From contig CAXXTU010000002.1 of assembly GCA_963662655.2 (NCBI GenBank), positions 2,400,001 through 2,464,000 of the forward strand: a stretch of DNA of 64,000 nucleotides, read 5' to 3'. The DNA is from Candidatus Cloacimonadales bacterium. GTDB taxonomy: Bacteria; Cloacimonadota; Cloacimonadia; Cloacimonadales; JAIOQZ01. Of this stretch, positions 1 to 8,668 are shown in pieces (within the stretch, counting starts at the first letter, position 1; every line of letters begins with the position of its first letter). The notes under the pieces are model-generated. The model saw nothing but the letters and a program-made list of their open reading frames with translations, made no database searches and was not told the DNA's origin. Made by a program: the position numbers and the translations under genes.

Positions 1-1088
1 AACTCGTTCTTGATCACGAGTGAAAGGCCGATCGCCACACCCGCCTGGGCAAGAATTCCGAGTCCGGTATACTTCTTGATCTTGCTCTCGACCTTACCTA
101 TGACTCCGCCCATGTAGGCACCACCGATCAAACCGGCGCTTCTTGCCAGCAGATAAACGATTCCCAGAATTCCGAGAGCTGGGAGCTGGCTTACCTGGAG
201 ATTCGCACCGCCAAGCGTGAAGAAAAGCAGGAAAAGCAGCGGCATGATCAGCGGCAAACGATCGAAGATTTTGCTGACCAGCGCACGAGGCTGCGTATTG
301 ACGATAACTGAACCGACAACCATGTTGGTAAGAATCACGGAGAGATGCAGCCATTCGCACAGCCCTGCCGACATGAACACGAAACCGAACAGGAGAAGCA
401 GAACATCCCCGGCGTTCTTCATGCGTCGGGCAAGGATCGAGAAGAGCCAGCCCAGCGCTCCGCCGACGACGAAGCTGAGGATAACTTCTTTCAGCGGCTC
501 CACCAGGAGGAGAACCATGTCCAGATCGCCGCCACCCGCTTCTTTCATCAGCAGCGTACGGCATATCGAAGCCGTGAAACCGAAGATGATGATTCCTACA
601 CCGTCGTCGAGTCCCACAACCGCGTAAAGCGCTTTTGTCAGGCTTCCGCGAGCTTTGTACTCTTCAATAACCGCCACCGTTCCGGCAGGCGCGCTCGCAG
701 GGGCGATTGAAGCGAAGATCAGCGAGAGAACCAGATCGCCCGTTAGCAGATAGAGTGCGCCGAATACGATCACGAAGGCGCCCACGCACTCGAGAAGGAT
801 GATCCAGATGATCCCCGCACCCAATTTCTTCAGGCTGGAGAAGTTGAGCTCGAGTCCGATGCTGATCGCCACGAAGCTCAACGCAATGTTGGTGATGAAC
901 TCCAGCTTGTCCTGAAGCGCGAACGGCAACAGGTTGAAAAGGGATGGTCCCAACAATACGCCGAGGATCATGTAGCCGATCAGAGCCGGCATCTTGAACC
1001 ATTTCATGTTCCTGCCGATATAGAAACCGACAACGATCACGAATCCAAGCGTCAATAAGACGGGTATATGAAATGTTTCCGGTAACAT
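1..1088 (-). CDS. cation:proton antiporter (Na+/H+ exchanger family), 3' end runs off window
   Basis: Not in the ORF track; manual translation from ATG at 1088 gives MLPETFHIPVLLTLGFVIVVGFYIGRNMKWFKMPALIGYMILGVLLGPS...ASAPAGTVAVIEEYKARGSLTKALYAVVGLDD...QAGVAIGLSL, a multi-TM protein with CPA2-type motifs. Confidence 0.88.
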   Translation of the reverse strand, partial: MLPETFHIPVLLTLGFVIVVGFYIGRNMKWFKMPALIGYMILGVLLGPSLFNLLPFALQDKLEFITNIALSFVAISIGLELNFSSLKKLGAGIIWIILLECVGAFVIVFGALYLLTGDLVLSLIFASIAPASAPAGTVAVIEEYKARGSLTKALYAVVGLDDGVGIIIFGFTASICRTLLMKEAGGGDLDMVLLLVEPLKEVILSFVVGGALGWLFSILARRMKNAGDVLLLLFGFVFMSAGLCEWLHLSVILTNMVVGSVIVNTQPRALVSKIFDRLPLIMPLLFLLFFTLGGANLQVSQLPALGILGIVYLLARSAGLIGGAYMGGVIGKVESKIKKYTGLGILAQAGVAIGLSLVIKNE

Positions 1089-1096
1089 CGCTTCAC

Positions 1097-1909
1097 CTAC
1101 AGGTTCAGCCAACCATTGCAGTACACGAGATTCTGAACGGTTAGCATGATTCCGCTATCCTGCGGCTGCGATTCGATGATCATGTTGATCTTGCGAATCA
1201 GGTCGTTGGACAGCGCTTTTTCGATTGTGGCTACGATTATACGGTGGAAGCCCCGCCGCTCTTCCGTCCAGAAGCTTGCAAACAACGGAAGCGCATGCAG
1301 ATACGCCTGAGCGTCGCTTGCCTCGAAGATCGACATACAGCAGTTGGGGGTTTCTGCCAGGAGTTCAAGCAGATCGACGAACGCGTCTTCGTTCTGAACA
1401 TGCAATTGAATAAGGTTGTATTCCTGGGATTTCTCGCTTCCTTTCGGCTTGGGGATGTGCTTCAGAAACAGCTTTATCAGCTCCGCGCCCGATGTTGATT
1501 TCACAAGCTCGTTGACCGCTTTCTTCTTGCGGAAAACGCTGGAAAGCGCGCTGAGAATCCGGATGTGTTCGTTACGTTTACTCGCAGGCGCGATAATATA
1601 AGCGATCAGGTTGACTTTCTCGTCGTCAATCGCTTTGAAATCGACACCACCTGCCACCGTGACGAAACCGATCACAAATTGATCGATGTCTTCGAACATG
1701 CAATGCGGAATTGCGATTCCATTGCCGAAGCCGGTAGAGCCCTGGTCTTCGCGAGCAGACAGTCTGGTAAATACTTCTTCCGCCGAGTGCCCGGCAAGAA
1801 TGGGGTTCTTGATCGCAAGACTGGCGATTTCTTTGAGAGCTTCCGTTTTTGTGGATGGTTTTACGTTGATTCCGATGCAATCGGGTAAGATTTTGTTGAA
1901 TTGCTCCAT
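1097..1909 (-). CDS. PTS IIA (fructose/nitrogen-type) domain protein with C-terminal extension
   Basis: REDQGSTGFGNGIAIPHC phospho-His motif, DFKAIDDEKVNL, HIRILSAL; adjacent to the antiporter. Confidence 0.88.
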   Translation of the reverse strand: MEQFNKILPDCIGINVKPSTKTEALKEIASLAIKNPILAGHSAEEVFTRLSAREDQGSTGFGNGIAIPHCMFEDIDQFVIGFVTVAGGVDFKAIDDEKVNLIAYIIAPASKRNEHIRILSALSSVFRKKKAVNELVKSTSGAELIKLFLKHIPKPKGSEKSQEYNLIQLHVQNEDAFVDLLELLAETPNCCMSIFEASDAQAYLHALPLFASFWTEERRGFHRIIVATIEKALSNDLIRKINMIIESQPQDSGIMLTVQNLVYCNGWLNL

Positions 1910-2017
1910 ATTTCACCTCGTTCTTTTAAGGTATCAATACGAGAAAATTCACTCGTGTTTTTTTGTCAATTTAAGCTTTCTGCGCATTGTTCCAAAAATA
2001 ATACAGGGCCTTTAGGT

Positions 2018-2308
2018 ATCCGCTAACCCCACTTCTCACATACTCGTAGGTATTCCAAACGGCGAGGCGATTCTACGAGTGATCTGCGCGCTGCCGCGGC
2101 GGGACGGCGCGTGCGCTCCGCGCACTGACAGGTTTTGAAATGTGTCATGGGGACATTTCAAAATCCTGCCGGAAGCCTCTTCCCAAGCCACGAACCATGC
2201 AATCGCAGCCGGATGGAATTCGGCGAGATGTATGCGTTTGTGGCAAGAGGCTTCCAGCGCCGTCCCGCCGCTGAGTCGGTGCACAAACTGAGAGGGTGTA
2301 GGATTTTT
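2018..2308 (+). ncRNA. candidate multibranched structured RNA or REP-like palindromic element
   Basis: Nested stems: 15-bp perfect 2096-2110/2257-2271; 2171-2181/2245-2255; 2129-2143/2153-2168; ACTCGTAGG/TCTACGAGT. G-U pairs work on the + strand; ends in a T run. Confidence 0.5.
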
Positions 2309-2329
2309 GCTATAAGAGAAAAGTGGTGA

Positions 2330-3301
2330 TTATATACCTAATTTGTTGCGGACAACCTGGCAGGTTTCAGCAAATCGCTTCGCTTCCTCCTGTCCGCGTG
2401 GAAACTTTGGGTAAATCCCTTCTGTTTTCAGAAAGCGCATGAACTCGCGAAGAACCTTACCTTCGTTCTCCGAGTAGTTTTGCTCCGGAGCGAGCTTCGC
2501 GTGAACGCCATCCGCGCCTGTCTCTGTCCAGTAGCGCCTCTTCATGTAGAGAGGCCTAAGCTTCAATGCGTAGAGAAGAAGGTTCGCGCCGGCAGTTGCC
2601 GACATTCCGTCGTACTTCTTCTTCTTGAACTCCATGTACTGCGAATACTCGATCGGATCGCTAACGCCTTCGTGCAGCAACCAGCCTGTCTCCGGGAAAA
2701 AGTGGTTGAAGTAGCCTCCAAACGTCAGACGGACGCCGTAGTCAGTGTCCTCCCAGGAGTATTGCCCGTAGTCGGTGCACCAGTACCCGAATTTCCGGAA
2801 AATCTCACCGCGTATCATCACGGCTCCACCGTATATCTCGGACTGGTTAGCCGGCGTGCTGACCTTCGTTCCGGAATCGAGAACGGTATCGAAAGTCTGC
2901 CTGTTCTCATGCTGGAAAAAATCGTAGGAAAGCGCTCCGAAATTGCTCCCCTGTGCGGCACCTACAATGCTCACCATGCGATCGAGCCAATCGGTATGAT
3001 GGACGACGATATCGTTGTCCATACGCAGGTAATAAGGAGTATCTTCCATATCCCATCCTGCGTTCGCAGCCGCTGCCAGACCGTAGTTCCTGTCCAGCAG
3101 AAGAAGGTTATCGATGCTTCCTTGCTCACGCTGCTCCAGCAACCATCGGCGCGTACCGTCCTCGCTGTTGTTATCGATGATCGTGAGGATGCAGGGGTAA
3201 TTCGTTTTGCTCCGAATGCTCTTCAGCGTCTCTTTCGTTCGTGCAAGCCGGTTGAAGGTGACAATAACGATATGAACCGCGTCGAGAGTCGCCCGACTCA
3301 T
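2330..3301 (-). CDS. glycosyltransferase family 2
   Basis: IVIVTFNR, IIDNNSEDGT, NYGLAAAANAG, MDND (DxD) and EDTDYGVR motifs. Confidence 0.9.
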   Translation of the reverse strand: MSRATLDAVHIVIVTFNRLARTKETLKSIRSKTNYPCILTIIDNNSEDGTRRWLLEQREQGSIDNLLLLDRNYGLAAAANAGWDMEDTPYYLRMDNDIVVHHTDWLDRMVSIVGAAQGSNFGALSYDFFQHENRQTFDTVLDSGTKVSTPANQSEIYGGAVMIRGEIFRKFGYWCTDYGQYSWEDTDYGVRLTFGGYFNHFFPETGWLLHEGVSDPIEYSQYMEFKKKKYDGMSATAGANLLLYALKLRPLYMKRRYWTETGADGVHAKLAPEQNYSENEGKVLREFMRFLKTEGIYPKFPRGQEEAKRFAETCQVVRNKLGI

Positions 3302-4191
3302 GCCGTTTCCAGCTCCCGGATCTTCATGAGATATTTGCGAGCCGCCTGCAAGAAAGGCTCTTGCAGCTCCGGGGCGTCAAACTGATTGGCCACGCGCATG
3401 AAAGCGCTCACATAGTGGTTGTACAAGTTAAGCTCGGAATCGGAGTAATCGGGGCTGTGTACACTGGGCGAATGATTCTCGATCACGTACTCCATCAGGT
3501 GCAGCGTAGTTCTCAAGCGGGGAATCATGTTCTTGCAGATTTGCGCCTCATGGCTGCGCTTGAAGTAGTCCTGCAACTGATCCACCATCCGGAAGCGCAC
3601 GTTCAGCGCGTTCCGAACCACCCACGCGGTGTCGCCGAAATTCTCGAGCTCTCCATCGAAGTAACCGTGTGCCTCGAAAACTGCCTTCCGCACCAGGGCT
3701 CCTGTGTGTGGAATTCCGCCAATGGTGGTCTCCAGGAAAAGCTTTAGCAGGTTCTTCCGCTCGCTCAGACTGTAGTCGAGATAACGCCAGATCCGATTGG
3801 TTGGGGTCCCGTCTTCCTCAACGACAAGGAGTTTCTCCGGGTAGTAATAATCAAAATTGGGATTCGTCTCGATCGCTTCCATGCCACGTTCGAGGAATTT
3901 CGGTGATATGTAGTCATCGGAATCGATGTACATGATAAATTCGCCGCGGGATTCTTCCAACCCCCTGTTCTTCGTGTCCCAGCAACGCGTATGAGGTTTG
4001 GCAATCAATCGGATTCTTTCATCGTCAAACGAAGAAACGATCTCCGTGGTTCGATCCGTGGAGCCGTCATCGACCACCACGAGCTCCCAATCGGTGAAAC
4101 GCTGATTGACCACCGATTCAACTGCCCGTGCGATGTACTGCTCACGGTTGTAAACGGCAATAATCACACTTACTTTGGGCCTGTGTTTCAT
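3298..4191 (-). CDS. glycosyltransferase family 2
   Basis: PKVSVIIAVYNRE, VVDDGSTD, IDSDD; start placed at 4191 (ATGA overlap with the upstream stop, AGGAG RBS). Confidence 0.9.
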   Translation of the reverse strand: MKHRPKVSVIIAVYNREQYIARAVESVVNQRFTDWELVVVDDGSTDRTTEIVSSFDDERIRLIAKPHTRCWDTKNRGLEESRGEFIMYIDSDDYISPKFLERGMEAIETNPNFDYYYPEKLLVVEEDGTPTNRIWRYLDYSLSERKNLLKLFLETTIGGIPHTGALVRKAVFEAHGYFDGELENFGDTAWVVRNALNVRFRMVDQLQDYFKRSHEAQICKNMIPRLRTTLHLMEYVIENHSPSVHSPDYSDSELNLYNHYVSAFMRVANQFDAPELQEPFLQAARKYLMKIRELETA

Positions 4192-4703
4192 CTCTCCTGA
4201 TTGCTTACCATTTGCCAGTATTCTTTCCATAGGTTCAAAAGCTCCTCTCGATTTGTTCCCAGCTTGCCGGCCACACCAAAGAGCGATACGGCTCCTTGCT
4301 GCACCAGACACCCGTCGCTTCTCGTAAGGCGCATGTTATCCCCGCTATCGAACCAGAAGGGATAAAGCCTGCAATAATAAGGTCGTGCGCTCTCACTCAG
4401 AAGGCAACCGCTTTCCGTGAGAAAAACGCATGCGCCATTGTTGATCAGAAGACGAGTGCGTGTGCCGTTTCTCAAAATCTCTGCCTGGGGAGGAAACCAG
4501 GTGAAGAGATATTGAACGAAATCGTGCCTCGGGACATCTTCGACCGTAAATTGGCCTGCATCCATGCCGGTGTCAAGAGAGATTCTCTCGACCTCCCCAG
4601 GAAGCAGTCCGAACATAAAGGTCTCATAGCCGGGCTCGATCCGGCAGCAGCCACCGCCATTCCCATGGCAGACAGCACATATCGAGGGGTTTGTTTCTTT
4701 CAT
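4188..4703 (-). CDS. YkgJ-family CxxCxxCC Fe-S/Zn protein (FliB flagellin N-methylase-like family)
   Basis: CAVCHGNGGGCC...CVFLTESGCLLSESARPYYCRLYPF. Confidence 0.82.
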   Translation of the reverse strand: MKETNPSICAVCHGNGGGCCRIEPGYETFMFGLLPGEVERISLDTGMDAGQFTVEDVPRHDFVQYLFTWFPPQAEILRNGTRTRLLINNGACVFLTESGCLLSESARPYYCRLYPFWFDSGDNMRLTRSDGCLVQQGAVSLFGVAGKLGTNREELLNLWKEYWQMVSNQER

Positions 4704-4713
4704 ATGGTTTGAG

Positions 4714-4744
4714 GAAAAAGGCTGTAGGACGCTACAGCCTTTTC
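4714..4744. terminator. intrinsic terminator-like hairpin (bidirectional)
   Basis: AAAAAGGCTGTAG-gacg-CTACAGCCTTTT. Confidence 0.6.
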
Positions 4745-4848
4745 AATCTCTGTTCGCTCGTTGTCAGAATCTTGTGTGATGAGAATCCAGCTCATGCATC
4801 CGCCTGCTCGCGCATCTTCTTCCCTGAATCCGGCGGAGATGAGATTTA

Positions 4849-4877
4849 TAAAATGGGCGGAGCGTCCCCCGCCCATC
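4849..4877 (-). terminator. intrinsic terminator downstream of the flagellin array and relic
   Basis: ATGGGCGG...CCGCCCAT stem followed by TTTT on the minus strand. Confidence 0.65.
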
Positions 4878-4885
4878 TGGTTCGG

Positions 4886-5030
4886 TTAGCCTAGCACTCC
4901 CAATGCCGTTGCGAGTCGAACCCGCGTCGACATTGCCACAGCAGATTTGCCAAAATTAATCTACGTGTGTAGATATCGTTCGCTCTTGAGGTACTGTCTT
5001 TGTCACTGTTGACTGTTGATTACGAGAGAC
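4886..5030 (-). pseudogene. internally deleted flagellin relic
   Basis: 5015-5030 matches 15/16 nt of the flagellin start (S-L-V-I-N; ATG lost). The 3' part reads ILA(fs)SAVAM...ALGVLG*, like the flagellin C-terminus ILTQSAVSM...MALSLIG*. Confidence 0.65.
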
Positions 5031-5282
5031 TGTTTTTCAAGTCAGTTGCCGGTAACTTAGTTACCAGAGTTTTTGCGAAAAAACTCCAGCTGTGGTTTGT
5101 GCAATAACCGACAACCAGAAACAGTTAACCGTGTTTTGACACACCTCTCAAACGTTTGGGAGTAAACTCCCCTTTTGAGTGCTTACGCAGCTCTTTGCGA
5201 GTGACATGCGGATAATGCGGTCTATGCGGCAACGCAATGAGTTTTTCTCGGCAAATACCCATCGCAGTTGCGATATTCTTTA

Positions 5283-6242
5283 TTATCCGATAAGGCTGAG
5301 AGCCATTTGCGGCAATGAATTAGCCTGTGCCAACATACTTACCGCAGACTGGGTCAGGATCTGATTTCTTACGAATTCCGTCATCTCAGTCGCCACGTCG
5401 ACGTCAGAGATACGGGATTCAGCAGCCTGGACATTTTCTGCCTGGATCGACAGGTTGGAAATGGTGTTCTCCAAACGGTTCTGAACTGCACCGAGTGCAG
5501 CACGAGCGTTTTCTTTACGCAACATCGCGGTGTTGATGGTCTCCAGCGCCATCTGTGCAGCGTGCTGTGTACTCACAGCAACGTCAGCCGCACCGATTCC
5601 AAGTGCACTGGTTCTCATATCACCGATTCTGATGAAGTAGTAGTCTTCCGCACGTGAGTTTTCAGGACCAAAGTGGATCTTCGCGCCACCGGTAATATTA
5701 CCGTTGGCATCAAAAGTACCATTAACTTCCTGCCAGCCGCTACTGTTGGTATACATACTTTCAGTTGCGGTCCAGGTATTGTTGGACGTCCAGGATCCAC
5801 CTGATCCGGCGATTGAGACGTTACCATTCAACAGCTTGACGCCGTTGAAATCGGTTGCGTTGGCGATACGGTCGATTTCCGCAGCCATGGCAGCAAACTC
5901 GGAATGGATGATCAAACGTTGTTCGTTTGTATACGTACCGGTTGCAGCCTGTTCCGCCAGTTCCTTCATACGGATCAGTTTTTCGTCGATAACAGCCATC
6001 GCGCCTTCGGCGGTCTGGATCATCGAGATACCATCTTGCGCATTACGCACACCCTGATTAAGGGATGCGATTTCCGCGCGCATTCCTTCACGAATCGCAA
6101 GTCCTGCTGCGTCGTCCGCAGCTGAATTGATACGCAATCCGGTGGAAAGCCTTTCCACGGAAGTTGCAAGATTACCATAAGCCGATGTAAGGTTCCTGGC
6201 AGTACTCATCGCCATCATGTTGTGGTTGATTACGAGTGACAT
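5283..6242 (-). CDS. fliC: flagellin (319 aa)
   Basis: MSLVINHN...ERLSTGLRINSAADDAAGLAI...QNRLE...AAESRISDVDVATEM...QANSLPQMALSLIG; AAGGAGG RBS. Confidence 0.97.
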   Translation of the reverse strand: MSLVINHNMMAMSTARNLTSAYGNLATSVERLSTGLRINSAADDAAGLAIREGMRAEIASLNQGVRNAQDGISMIQTAEGAMAVIDEKLIRMKELAEQAATGTYTNEQRLIIHSEFAAMAAEIDRIANATDFNGVKLLNGNVSIAGSGGSWTSNNTWTATESMYTNSSGWQEVNGTFDANGNITGGAKIHFGPENSRAEDYYFIRIGDMRTSALGIGAADVAVSTQHAAQMALETINTAMLRKENARAALGAVQNRLENTISNLSIQAENVQAAESRISDVDVATEMTEFVRNQILTQSAVSMLAQANSLPQMALSLIG

Positions 6243-6380
6243 CTTTTCCTCCTTGATTGGTTGTAGGGCATCCATGCTGCTCATAAGACATTTGTCTTAT
6301 ATAGCAGTGGTTTGGCAATCTGCTATATTACCTAGGGTTAACCAAACCAATCAAAAGAAAGGAGACTATAACATCGCTCG
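6243..6380 (-). promoter_or_regulatory. structured flagellin leader with CsrA-type GGA hairpin and anti-SD segment
   Basis: GCATGGATGC hairpin (6268-6277); TTGATTGGTT complementary to AACCAATCAA next to the SD; two further hairpins. Confidence 0.6.
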
Positions 6381-7340
6381 TTATCCAATCAGACTGAGAG
6401 CCATTTGCGGCAAAGAGTTAGCTTGAGCCAACATACTGACCGCAGACTGTGTCAGTATCTGATTCCTGACGAATTGCGTCATTTCAGTTGCCACGTCGAC
6501 ATCCGAAATGCGTGATTCGGCAGCTTGAACGTTCTCTGCCTGGATAGAAAGGTTCGAGATCGTGTTTTCCAAGCGGTTCTGTACTGCACCAAGCGCCGCA
6601 CGAGCGTTTTCCTTACGCAACATTGCGGTATTGATCGTTTCCAGAGCCATCTGTGCAGCGTGCTGGGTACTCACGGCCACATCTGCCGCGCCAACGCCGA
6701 GGGCGCTGGTGCGCATGTCGCCGATGCGAATGAAGTAGTAGTCTTCGGAGCGGTTGTTACCCGCGCCAAAGTGGATCTTCGCGCCACCGGTAATGTTACC
6801 GTTTGCGTCGAAGGTACCATTTACTTCTTCCCATCCACTGCTATTGGCCAACATTCCTTCGCTTGCTGTCCAGGTGTTGTTTGCGTTCCATGAACCACTA
6901 GATCCTGCGATTGAAACGTTACCGTTAAGAAGTTTAACTCCGTTGAAATCGGTAGCATTGGCAATACGGTCAATTTCCGCAGCCATTGCCGCAAACTCGG
7001 AATGGATAATCAAACGTTGTTCGTTTGTGTATGTTCCGGTTGCTGCCTGTTCTGCTAATTCCTTCATGCGGATCAGCTTCTCGTCGATAACCGCCATCGC
7101 TCCTTCTGCGGTCTGGATCATCGAAATACCATCCTGAGCGTTTCTGATTCCTTGATTCAACGTTGCAATTTCTGCACGCATACCTTCACGGATCGCAAGA
7201 CCCGCGGCATCGTCTGCAGCAGAGTTGATACGAAGACCAGTGGAAAGACGCTCAACAGATGTACTCAGATTTCCATATGCTGAAGTCAGATTTCTGGCCG
7301 TGTTCATCGCCATCATGTTATGGTTGATTACGAGTGACAT
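6381..7340 (-). CDS. fliC: flagellin (319 aa)
   Basis: Same conserved N- and C-terminal flagellin motifs; near-identical paralog of 5283-6242. Confidence 0.97.
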   Translation of the reverse strand: MSLVINHNMMAMNTARNLTSAYGNLSTSVERLSTGLRINSAADDAAGLAIREGMRAEIATLNQGIRNAQDGISMIQTAEGAMAVIDEKLIRMKELAEQAATGTYTNEQRLIIHSEFAAMAAEIDRIANATDFNGVKLLNGNVSIAGSSGSWNANNTWTASEGMLANSSGWEEVNGTFDANGNITGGAKIHFGAGNNRSEDYYFIRIGDMRTSALGVGAADVAVSTQHAAQMALETINTAMLRKENARAALGAVQNRLENTISNLSIQAENVQAAESRISDVDVATEMTQFVRNQILTQSAVSMLAQANSLPQMALSLIG

Positions 7341-7343
7341 CAT

Positions 7344-7476
7344 TCCTCCTTGATTGGTTCTAACGGGCATCCATGCGATATAAGACAACCGTCCTATATT
7401 GCGCTACGTTAGCTTATCTGCTTGTGTGTGTTTCGGCTAAACCAAACCAATCTATGAGGCAAAATCAGTCTCCTAA
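7344..7476 (-). promoter_or_regulatory. structured flagellin leader homologous to 6243-6380
   Basis: GATTGGTTTGGTT...TATAGGAC-ggtt-GTCTTATA...GCATGGATGC (7367-7376)...AACCAATCAAGGAGGA. Confidence 0.6.
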
Positions 7477-8436
7477 TTAACCAATCAGACTTAGCGCCAT
7501 CTGCGGCAGCGAGTTGGCCTGTGCCAACATGCTGACTGCAGACTGAGTCAGAATCTGATTTCGGACGAATTCCGTCATCTCGGTCGCTACGTCAACGTCC
7601 GATATACGGGATTCGGAGGCTTGCAAGTTTTCCGCCTGGGTTTGCAGGTTGGTAATGGTATTTTCCAGACGGTTCTGTATTGCACCCAGCGCAGCACGCG
7701 CGTTCTCCTTGCGGATAAGCGCAGTATTGAGCTGTTCCAGTGCAAGCTGAGCAGAATGCTGGGTACTCACAGCGGCGTCCGCTGAACCTACGCCAAGGGC
7801 GCTGGTGCGGATATCGCCGATGCGGATGAAGTAGTAGTCTTCGGCGCGGCTGTTGCCTGTACCGAAATGGATTTTGATACCACCGACAACGTCGCCGTTG
7901 GCGTTGGCCCGTCCATCTACTTCCTGCCATCCACTGCTGTTTGTATACATACCTTCATCTGAAACCCAAGTGTTGCTTGTGCCCCACGCACCGTTCGTTC
8001 CACCAACGGATACGTTTCCATTTAGAAGTTTTACACCGTTGAAATCGGTTGCATTGGCGATACGGTCGATTTCCGCCGCCATTGCTGCAAACTCGGAATG
8101 GATAATCAAACGTTGTTCGTTTGTATATGTACCGGTTGCAGCCTGTTCTGCAAGTTCCTTCATACGGATCAACTTTTCGTCGATAACGGCCATGGCTCCT
8201 TCGGCTGTTTGAATCAGAGAAATGCCATCCTGGGCATTACGAACACCCTGATTCAAAGCAGCTATGTCGGATCTCATACTTTCACGGATGGCAAGACCGG
8301 CCGCGTCATCCGCGGCGGAATTGATCCGAAGGCCGGTCGAAAGTCGTTCGACCGAAGTAGCGAGATCCCCATATGCAGCCGTAAGGTTACGTGCCGTGTT
8401 CATCGACATGAGGTTATGGTTAATTACGAGTGACAT
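7477..8436 (-). CDS. fliC: flagellin (319 aa)
   Basis: Flagellin N- and C-terminal motifs; AAGGAGG RBS. Confidence 0.97.
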   Translation of the reverse strand: MSLVINHNLMSMNTARNLTAAYGDLATSVERLSTGLRINSAADDAAGLAIRESMRSDIAALNQGVRNAQDGISLIQTAEGAMAVIDEKLIRMKELAEQAATGTYTNEQRLIIHSEFAAMAAEIDRIANATDFNGVKLLNGNVSVGGTNGAWGTSNTWVSDEGMYTNSSGWQEVDGRANANGDVVGGIKIHFGTGNSRAEDYYFIRIGDIRTSALGVGSADAAVSTQHSAQLALEQLNTALIRKENARAALGAIQNRLENTITNLQTQAENLQASESRISDVDVATEMTEFVRNQILTQSAVSMLAQANSLPQMALSLIG

Positions 8437-8620
8437 TATTTCCTCCTTGAAGATGCATTTTTCATCCTTGTGGCTACGATTAACCTTGGCCTGCTGTTGG
8501 AGCTGCTGTTGTGCCAGCTAACAAGTTTCTCATCACATTATGTTCTTGTGAAAGATCCTGGAATTCTCGAGCGAATTCGTTAAACGCTTTTGTTAAAGGT
8601 CGTGGGAGTTGCTTGCGACG

Positions 8621-8646
8621 TTATCGATCAATCTCTATTTTACTTA
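8621..8646 (-). promoter_or_regulatory. possible sigma28 (FliA) promoter
   Basis: TAAG-N14-ATCGATAA versus consensus TAAA-N15-GCCGATAA, upstream of the flagellin at 8436. Confidence 0.4.
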
Positions 8647-8668
8647 CTAATAAAACGGACCGATCAGG

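Noticed and set aside
5283..8436. Invertase- or DGR-driven flagellin variation
   Set aside because: No recombinase, reverse transcriptase or flanking inverted sites were seen, and differences between paralogs are not adenine-specific
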